A stretch of DNA of 64,000 nt. It comes from a virus. Below the pieces are notes generated by a model, which saw only the letters and a program-made list of their open reading frames with translations, did not search any database and was not told the origin of the DNA. A program made the position numbers and the translations under genes. The stretch spans positions 1 through 64,000 of IMG/VR virus record IMGVR_UViG_3300025154_000006; one strand, written 5' to 3'. Below are positions 57,730-64,000 of this stretch, in pieces (within the stretch, counting starts at the first letter, position 1; the number at the start of each line of letters is the position of its first letter).

Positions 57730-58646
57730 TTTACATACTCCCGAACTATAGACAAGAACCTGTTTGCGTTAAACGTACTGCCAATATTTACTTTTTTCCA
57801 CCGTTCTACGTTTGGGTCTTGTCGCACCGCAAACTGCATGATCATGTTGTCTGACATCCCATCAAGTTGGACAGGATAGTCTATCCATTTGTAGAGACTG
57901 TAGTGCTTAACGGTCATTCCGTCTTCTCGTGGCGGCTGTCCTTGTGATCCATAGAATATCGTTGGTTTTCCTCTGGCAACCGCTAAATGGGCTAGTGTTC
58001 CAGCAGATATTACTATATTATGCCTACCAATACTCGCAAGCGCATCTTTTGTTTTCAGATTGGCTTGCTCAAACGTCACATTTGGTATTTGTGGATCATA
58101 CATGCCGCTTGCAGAAAACGTTTTGCCATATCTAATAGTTACTTTTTTGAATAGTGGCGCCAACTCAAATACTCGCTCAAGCGCTTTTCTGTTTAGTTCA
58201 AAACTTGCTGGAGAACGAAGAAAATCCTGTCCAGCAGGTCCCATTGTGTGCATTGGCGCAAATAGCAACGTCTTTTCCCGCATTGGTTTCCAATTGATTA
58301 CTTCTCCACAAGAAAAGCCACACGGTTCTATTCTTGACCTATATCCATAAGAGATCATGGCGTTCTTGATCTCCCTGGTAAATACAAAGTTGCAACTTAC
58401 TGGAAACTCTTTGTGAAAACCGTCCCAGAAGTACCAGGAATTTGCAGAATGTGGATAGACAAAAATCGGTCTATTTGTTTTCGCAAATTCATTTAGAATC
58501 GGCCTATAGTGATCTTGTTCCAAGTCATATAACAAAAAACTCGCCTCGTCTGGATCGACGGTTTTTCTATAGTTCGCATCAAGTAGTGCTTTTCTGAACG
58601 GACGCGACATATCCCTGCGTTCCAACACATAATATTTTCTTGTCAT
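57726..58646 (-). CDS. GT-B-like glycosyltransferase, paralog of 53854-54804
   Basis: FAPMH; VISAGTLAHLAVARGKPT. Confidence 0.6.
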   Translation of the reverse strand: MTRKYYVLERRDMSRPFRKALLDANYRKTVDPDEASFLLYDLEQDHYRPILNEFAKTNRPIFVYPHSANSWYFWDGFHKEFPVSCNFVFTREIKNAMISYGYRSRIEPCGFSCGEVINWKPMREKTLLFAPMHTMGPAGQDFLRSPASFELNRKALERVFELAPLFKKVTIRYGKTFSASGMYDPQIPNVTFEQANLKTKDALASIGRHNIVISAGTLAHLAVARGKPTIFYGSQGQPPREDGMTVKHYSLYKWIDYPVQLDGMSDNMIMQFAVRQDPNVERWKKVNIGSTFNANRFLSIVREYVK

Positions 58647-58958
58647 TTATAGCGACTCCGCCAATGCTTTTAGGTTTTTTAACAATCTGTTGTTTTTGCT
58701 TTCCAGCGGTTCGTCTTTTATGTCAACAAGGCGCCTTATCGAGCCAAGTCTGCTTTTTACATTCTCTAAATCGTCTGGATGAAAAATTACGCATTTTGGA
58801 TTGCTGTTTGTTTCCTTAAGAAGATATATTGTGCCACGATCTGTATATTTATTTAATGCGTAATGTAGTGTCGGAAAAAGCAGATCGATTGCCTTTTGAA
58901 AACTATCGAGAGTCAGTTCTGTAGCCTCGTTTGAACATGCGGTGCAATATTGTGTCAT
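58647..58958 (-). CDS. hypothetical protein
   Basis: Co-oriented ORF abutting its neighbour. Confidence 0.5.
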   Translation of the reverse strand: MTQYCTACSNEATELTLDSFQKAIDLLFPTLHYALNKYTDRGTIYLLKETNSNPKCVIFHPDDLENVKSRLGSIRRLVDIKDEPLESKNNRLLKNLKALAESL

Positions 58959-58983
58959 TTTGCGATGTATCTCCGGCGATATG

Positions 58984-59295
58984 TCAGTATGTGCGATAAT
59001 TGCACTTGGTATTCTCGCACCAAATGTCTTTTCCGTTGGTTGTCAACTTGTTCACAAGGCCGATCTTCTGACATTTAGGACATATTTTGTCAAGATACCA
59101 ACAGGTTTTTGCTGAGTTCGCACTGCGAAGCGGATTAAATATCTTTTCTCTGCATTCCTCGCAAAGCGGAACAAAAATGCCTAAATTGCTTTGCTCCATT
59201 ATGGCGTCTTTTTTGAAGATCGCTTTCTTGCAAACGGTGCAAATAACCGGAGAATGATCAATTAGAAATTGTACAAATTTATTAATCGGGTTCAT
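58984..59295 (-). CDS. Cys-rich Zn-binding protein
   Basis: Multiple CxxC. Confidence 0.55.
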   Translation of the reverse strand: MNPINKFVQFLIDHSPVICTVCKKAIFKKDAIMEQSNLGIFVPLCEECREKIFNPLRSANSAKTCWYLDKICPKCQKIGLVNKLTTNGKDIWCENTKCNYRTY

Positions 59296-60043
59296 TTTCG
59301 ACAACCTCCACCAACATATTTTCTGCCATCGGAACCAACGCGAGTCTTTTGGCGGCATATTTTTTCTTAAGAGTTAGAGATATTTTATCACGGGTTTCTT
59401 GAGAAACAATTTTTCCTTTTTGTGCCCTAGATATCTTCAGGCGCGCCTCGAGTGATACGGTTTTGCCTTTTTGCGCCAATGACATCTTGGCGCGCGCTTC
59501 TTCGGAAGCGCGTTTTTCATTATGGTTTTTATTCCCAGTTAAAGCAAGAGACATTTTCATACAGGTTTCTTCCGAGTGATGTTTTCCAAGCATACCTCTT
59601 TTATGTCCTTTTAGCGCCCGCGATATTTTCTCGCGGGTTTCGACGGATACGTTTTTCCTTGCGAGAGACATTTTCTCGCGGGTTTCAAAAGACAAATGTT
59701 TTCCAATATTCGCAAGAGACATCTTTAAGCGAGATTCTTCTGTGTGTCTTGTTCCTAGTTTGCTATATGCTTTTTTGCAAATATTGTATTCTGGACAAAC
59801 ACTGTCTATATAATACTGTTCTCGTTCGACCAGTTGCTCTTTCTCGCATTCTTCGAGAATAGAAAACTCAAAATTTTCTTCACCATACTTATTCCAGGCA
59901 GATTGAAGATGACGACTATGGTGTTTTGTTCTTTTTAAGAGAGAAACATGCTCATTCCACCGTCTATCAATATTAATGGCAGATCCGATATATATTTTTT
60001 CGTTAATCACATTCCTTATTTGATAGATGCCTATAAGAATCAT
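59282..60043 (-). CDS. GIY-YIG homing endonuclease with NUMOD3 repeats
   Basis: GIYQIRN..YIGSA; repeated SxETRxKMS. Confidence 0.9.
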   Translation of the reverse strand: MILIGIYQIRNVINEKIYIGSAINIDRRWNEHVSLLKRTKHHSRHLQSAWNKYGEENFEFSILEECEKEQLVEREQYYIDSVCPEYNICKKAYSKLGTRHTEESRLKMSLANIGKHLSFETREKMSLARKNVSVETREKISRALKGHKRGMLGKHHSEETCMKMSLALTGNKNHNEKRASEEARAKMSLAQKGKTVSLEARLKISRAQKGKIVSQETRDKISLTLKKKYAAKRLALVPMAENMLVEVVENEPD

Positions 60044-60348
60044 TTTTTGGTCTTATTCCGAGACAGCTCTTTGAGCAGAAGAGAAGTATCCATTCCCATA
60101 TCTTTAAGCACATTGTAAATTGCCACTTCAAGAACGGACAGTTCTTCGTGGGTAATGTTGATTTGGCAATGATACTTTATCGCCTCTAGTATCTCGTGGA
60201 TCACGGTAGATTCTTGTGATTGTACGTGCTGTTCTGGCGAAATAAGAATAATCTGGCTCATTGGATTCATTTGCCCAGAATTGTCGGTCCCGCCAAGTTT
60301 TTTGGCGGGAGAATAGATCAGTTCGTAGTCATAAGCCAATATCTTCAT
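60040..60348 (-). CDS. HExxE metalloprotease-like small protein
   Basis: STVIHEILEA. Confidence 0.55.
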   Translation of the reverse strand: MKILAYDYELIYSPAKKLGGTDNSGQMNPMSQIILISPEQHVQSQESTVIHEILEAIKYHCQINITHEELSVLEVAIYNVLKDMGMDTSLLLKELSRNKTKK

Positions 60349-60687
60349 GTTTTATCTCCTTTGATTGTTGACACACAACATAGTCAATATATCACAAAAT
60401 CCAGCCTTTTTGTACCAGAATACCCATTATCTCCATGGAGAATAATGCCCAAAACCTATACGCGACAACCTTCTCGTGTATAGATTTCCAAGAAAACCGA
60501 TTTTCCGAAAAAGGGAGAGTTTTTATAAGGAGACTATTAAGAAGGGTATAGAGATGGTGCATGAACAGGGGGGGGGTCGCTTATATAGGACTCTTCTTTG
60601 TTCATCCCCCGTTCCCCCTTCCCCCCTCGGCTCGTGGCTTTTCGTGACGCCCCTGCCCCCCTCTCCCCCTACCCCAAGGAGGTAGCA

Positions 60688-60939
60688 ATGTCTAAACGAA
60701 ACGCTTGTATCTTGTTGGCCGTACTAATGCTCGCCCTCTCCTCCATTGCTTGCGACGATGGCGGGATTGTTGATAACGATTGCGCTACGTGTGGCGGTCC
60801 CGAAACTGGCGGCCAGGTTATGAATCCCGACAACGTTGTTCAGCAGGGATATAGCGCACTGGAAGTGGTATGGTGTAACGACCCGGGGTACAAGGACTAC
60901 AACTCGTGGCACTGCAACGATGTTCGGAGCGGAAAATGA
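60688..60939 (+). CDS. small Cys-rich lipoprotein
   Basis: aaggagg RBS; signal peptide with SIAC lipobox. Confidence 0.65.
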   Translation: MSKRNACILLAVLMLALSSIACDDGGIVDNDCATCGGPETGGQVMNPDNVVQQGYSALEVVWCNDPGYKDYNSWHCNDVRSGK

Positions 60940-61101
60940 CCATCCTTCCCGTTGATGTTGGCGCCGTTATCTTTGGCGTGATCATGTCCATCGTCATTCC
61001 CGCGGGCGTGATTGTAGACTCGGTCGTGTTCTAGCAAGTCCCAACTTCCAAGTAGTCCTCTCTCTACAAGAGGACTACTACAGTTGTGCGCTTGTACAAC
61101 A

Positions 61102-61155
61102 AGGTACTGCCTAACCTATCTCAATAGGCACACACTAAGGAGGTTGCGATGCCTG
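61102..61155 (+). repeat. 54-bp direct repeat, copy 1
   Basis: Identical to 61804-61857; contains a hairpin, AAGGAGG and ATG. Confidence 0.9.
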
Positions 61156-61201
61156 CTTAGGCATAAGCCGCAAGTCTCTTACTTGCATAAAGGAGGTTAC
61201 G

Positions 61202-61435
61202 ATGTTCGCGCTTGGTTTGCTTGTTGGCCTAAGTATTGGTTTGGTTATCGGTGCCATTGGTTTGGTTGCAATGGTGCTGAAAGACGAACGCAATATGGAC
61301 GAATCCATGAAGTCGCCCGTGGTACTTGATTGTATGGGCGAATATTGGTGTCAGTTGCATGAATGCTCTGCTTATGAGTGCGCGTGTGACTGGTCGCATC
61401 AAGACTACCTCGCAATGGTTCATTGCGAGGACTAG
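61202..61435 (+). CDS. small membrane-anchored Cys/His-rich protein
   Basis: aaggagg RBS; N-terminal TM segment. Confidence 0.6.
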   Translation: MFALGLLVGLSIGLVIGAIGLVAMVLKDERNMDESMKSPVVLDCMGEYWCQLHECSAYECACDWSHQDYLAMVHCED

Positions 61436-61540
61436 GCATGTGTGTTCTGCCTATAGGGGGAAAGGCAGAGCAGACCTGCTTAGGTCTAGTGCCGATAAGT
61501 CCTTACTCGCAAGAGAAGGCACAGGCAAAGGAGATGTACG

Positions 61541-61726
61541 ATGGATACCAATACCAGTTTCATGCAGATCGTGCGCGAGGACGGCGTCCGTGACTTGGCC
61601 ATGACTATTCGCGTCAAGTTCGGCCACGCCTTGGAGATGGAACGCCTGGGCAATGACGCCCAGGCCAGCATCTTCCTTGCTGAGGCCATTGAGGCCGAAG
61701 TCAAGGTCAAGGCCGAAACCAAGTAA
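61541..61726 (+). CDS. hypothetical protein
   Basis: aaggag RBS. Confidence 0.65.
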   Translation: MDTNTSFMQIVREDGVRDLAMTIRVKFGHALEMERLGNDAQASIFLAEAIEAEVKVKAETK

Positions 61727-61803
61727 TAACAACACGGTCGCCATGCTGTCTACAAGGGTGGTAGTAGACAGCATTGGACTGTGCTTGTTGGTGTTAAGCA
61801 CAC

Positions 61804-61857
61804 AGGTACTGCCTAACCTATCTCAATAGGCACACACTAAGGAGGTTGCGATGCCTG
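61804..61857 (+). repeat. 54-bp direct repeat, copy 2
   Basis: Supplies the RBS and ATG for the ORF at 61851. Confidence 0.9.
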
Positions 61858-62084
61858 TAGCACAGGTGTTCACATCCGTAAGTGCTGCTCTTCAAGCCGT
61901 CGAGAAGATGGCTGTCGGTCAGCGTATCGTAGTCATGGGCAGAAACGCCCATGTTGTCAACGGCATTGGTTGCAAGACTGTCCAGTATGATAAACAGTCT
62001 TTGTCCGCAACCGCGCGCCCTGTCGATGGGCGCGCGTTCAACCGCGTTAACAACGGACTTGTGTCCATGAAGGAGGCAGAATGA
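61851..62084 (+). CDS. hypothetical protein
   Basis: aaggagg RBS. Confidence 0.6.
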   Translation: MPVAQVFTSVSAALQAVEKMAVGQRIVVMGRNAHVVNGIGCKTVQYDKQSLSATARPVDGRAFNRVNNGLVSMKEAE

Positions 62085-62269
62085 CCGTTATGCAAGCCTG
62101 GCAATGGATTACCTCTAGGTGGTGTGCGACTACCTGGACACCCATTGACCCAGATGTCCGTACGATCCTGCGCCTACCCGCGCTTCTGGGCATGGCGCAC
62201 GGCATGTTGGTTACAAGGGCTGGCGCGAATGGCTCACAAGAGTTCATTAAGCGCATAAACACGAGGTGA
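62081..62269 (+). CDS. hypothetical protein
   Basis: aaggagg RBS, ATGA coupling. Confidence 0.55.
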   Translation: MTVMQAWQWITSRWCATTWTPIDPDVRTILRLPALLGMAHGMLVTRAGANGSQEFIKRINTR

Positions 62270-62524
62270 AGAATGTTTGCGATCTACGAACCGATCATGC
62301 GTTTACTTGTCTCGCTTATTGTGTTGGCTGGAAATGCCCGATGTCCCGGACATGGCAATCTGGACTACATGGTAAGGCGGGTACTGGCAGACGCCAAAAA
62401 CCGTCTACAACAGCAAGCCTAAGTCGTTGCGTCTGTGCTTATCCGAACAGAGAGATAAGCACAGAACCGACCTGCTTAGGTCGCTACTCTGGTGCGGAGT
62501 TCGCACTGCGAAAAAAGGAGAGAA

Positions 62525-62800
62525 ATGGCTACCCTTCGTATTCCCAAGTCCACAAATGGCGAGAAGTCGTTACTTCCTCGTCGCTCGACTCAATGGTTGC
62601 TAGACGCCATGGGCGAGATGTTCAATGACAACTGTACCGACGCCGAGATACTTGGCGTTACTCGTGTTCAGGTCATGCGCGGCCTGGCCACGGCAGGCGT
62701 TCCTAACGACGAGATCAGGGAAATCTGGCAGGGGCAGTTCGCGTTGAAGAGCGCCCAGGAGAGGTATGACCTACTCTCCTACTTCGTGTATGGCGAATAG
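62525..62800 (+). CDS. hypothetical protein
   Basis: aaggag RBS; palindromic site directly upstream. Confidence 0.65.
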   Translation: MATLRIPKSTNGEKSLLPRRSTQWLLDAMGEMFNDNCTDAEILGVTRVQVMRGLATAGVPNDEIREIWQGQFALKSAQERYDLLSYFVYGE

Positions 62801-62998
62801 GACTACCGGAGCCCTACGCACCGCCAACGATTTCACTATATAAGTCCTATATAGGGAAATGTAGGACTTATATCGTCCATCCAAAGAAAGGAGATAACCC
62901 TATGGCCCTTGATCGTGTAGTGTTCTGGTCGTTTGCCGCATTTGCGCTATTTGGCGCCATCGCTATCCTGTTGTTCGCCTAGACACAAGGAGTTCAAA

Positions 62999-63496
62999 AT
63001 GTCTCAGAACCAAAAAACCGTAATCACGCTTGCCAATCTTGGAAGCGCCGTCGAGGTTCGCCTGGACCCCGAAATCGTCTTCGCCATTGCTACCGAGTTC
63101 AGTGATAACCCGCTTGTCCAGAAGTCTGACGAACTGGCGGCCCTGGAAGCGGAACTTGCCGTTGCGCAGGCTGGCGTTGACGGTTTTCGCACTGCGAACC
63201 AGAGGATAGGCGATCTTGCTATCCGGAAAGTTCACCTGGAACATGCCGCTCGCGCCATTCTGCTGGAAAAGAAAGGCGTCAAGAACATGGCGGAGTTGCC
63301 ATTGGCAATCCGCGGCGTGGTTGAGAAATATCGCCAACAAATCCTCGCACTGGATACCACGTACCAGGATACTTGCAAAGAACTGGCAGAAATGCGCCAG
63401 AAACTTGAAATGTCCGAGTTCAATGCCCATTTGACCGCAAAGGTCAATATCGAAGCGGCGATCTCCGCCATCATCAAGGAGGCCAACGGTGGCTAA
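62999..63496 (+). CDS. coiled-coil hypothetical protein
   Basis: aaggag RBS. Confidence 0.7.
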   Translation: MSQNQKTVITLANLGSAVEVRLDPEIVFAIATEFSDNPLVQKSDELAALEAELAVAQAGVDGFRTANQRIGDLAIRKVHLEHAARAILLEKKGVKNMAELPLAIRGVVEKYRQQILALDTTYQDTCKELAEMRQKLEMSEFNAHLTAKVNIEAAISAIIKEANGG

Positions 63497-63557
63497 GAAG
63501 TCCGTATTACCCGTTTCAAACGGTGTCAATTCAATCATCAACAACGAGGAGACCAAA

Positions 63558-64000
63558 ATGTCCAAGAAGAATTCCGCCAAATCCATCAATGCCATATCTG
63601 ATCAGCCACTTGCCGCGCCGTTTACTTTTCAGCCCGCCAATGGTCGCAACGACCTGGCTCTGCTGCGCGTAGACGGCGACGAAGACAAGGCTCCGTTCTA
63701 CATCGACGCGCCCGACCGTGTTCACGGTATTTGCAATGCCGCGACCCATGTCTGGGTTGGCACATATCCAGTGTTTGAACCCGGAAAGTTCTACTTCCGC
63801 ATGTCCCGGGACGACGTCAAGAAAGAATTTGGTGTCGAAAGCATGGGCTATATCCGCGGTAGTGCAGAGTTGCAACAGGCTGTTACAGAGGGTAAGTATG
63901 CCCACACCAAGCCGATTGTTGAGGATGCCTGGTATCGCGTGTCCTGGAACGGTCATCGCTTCACCCTCAAGGTTGTTGAATGGCGCAATTACGAGAAGGA
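63558..64000 (+). CDS. hypothetical protein, runs off the window end
   Basis: gaggag RBS; open frame MSKKNSAKS... to the end. Confidence 0.7.
   Translation, partial: MSKKNSAKSINAISDQPLAAPFTFQPANGRNDLALLRVDGDEDKAPFYIDAPDRVHGICNAATHVWVGTYPVFEPGKFYFRMSRDDVKKEFGVESMGYIRGSAELQQAVTEGKYAHTKPIVEDAWYRVSWNGHRFTLKVVEWRNYEK

Larger units (their letters stand above)
1..64000. mobile_element. Tailed dsDNA bacteriophage genome (siphovirus-like), partial
   Basis: Terminase-portal-scaffold-capsid-tail-lysis gene order on the - strand; replication and small early genes on +; no host housekeeping genes and no integrase seen. Confidence 0.95.

Noticed and set aside
440-63199. The palindrome as a CRISPR repeat, LexA box or parS site
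   Set aside because: Copies are kilobases apart with no spacer array. The arm order (GTTC-N7-GAAC) differs from the Gram-positive SOS box GAAC-N4-GTTC, and the sequence differs from parS TGTTTCACGTGAAACA.
1-64000. tRNA genes, integrase/att site, inteins
   Set aside because: No cloverleaf with a T-loop and acceptor stem was recognised, no recombinase motifs were seen, and the terminase and helicase have normal lengths without intein signatures. Searched by eye only.

Overview
This window is most of a tailed dsDNA phage genome with siphovirus-like organisation; the host cannot be determined from the sequence. Positions 1-21030 (+) carry small early/middle genes, homing endonucleases, a replication module (CHC2/TOPRIM primase, DnaC-like loader, DnaB-like helicase, Rad52/22-like annealase) and a stop-interrupted RNA ligase. 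Positions 21027-60348 (-) form one late arm: glycosyl- and methyltransferases, terminase, portal, scaffold, major capsid, head-tail proteins, tail tube, frameshifting tail chaperones, tape measure, tail tip/fibres and lysis genes. From about 60690 to the window end (+) is a GC-richer, hairpin-dense cluster of putative pre-early genes. Main findings: (1) the 2881-aa tape-measure-position protein contains, in the correct order, beta-like (DRGRGHGWKG) and beta'-like (SxR..PFL, QRDP, DKDYD) motifs of a two-barrel RNA polymerase, suggesting a tape-measure-fused virion RNAP with a non-canonical catalytic loop, and candidate hairpin promoters lie in the pre-early region; (2) a 15-bp palindrome GTTCGYANTRCGAAC occurs about 20 times genome-wide; (3) a group I intron in the capsid gene carries an antisense LAGLIDADG gene; (4) a candidate virion glycosylation/methylation cluster precedes the packaging genes; (5) an HNH cassette split a phosphoesterase gene and supplied it with a new start. 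All protein calls come from motif recognition by eye, without database searches.
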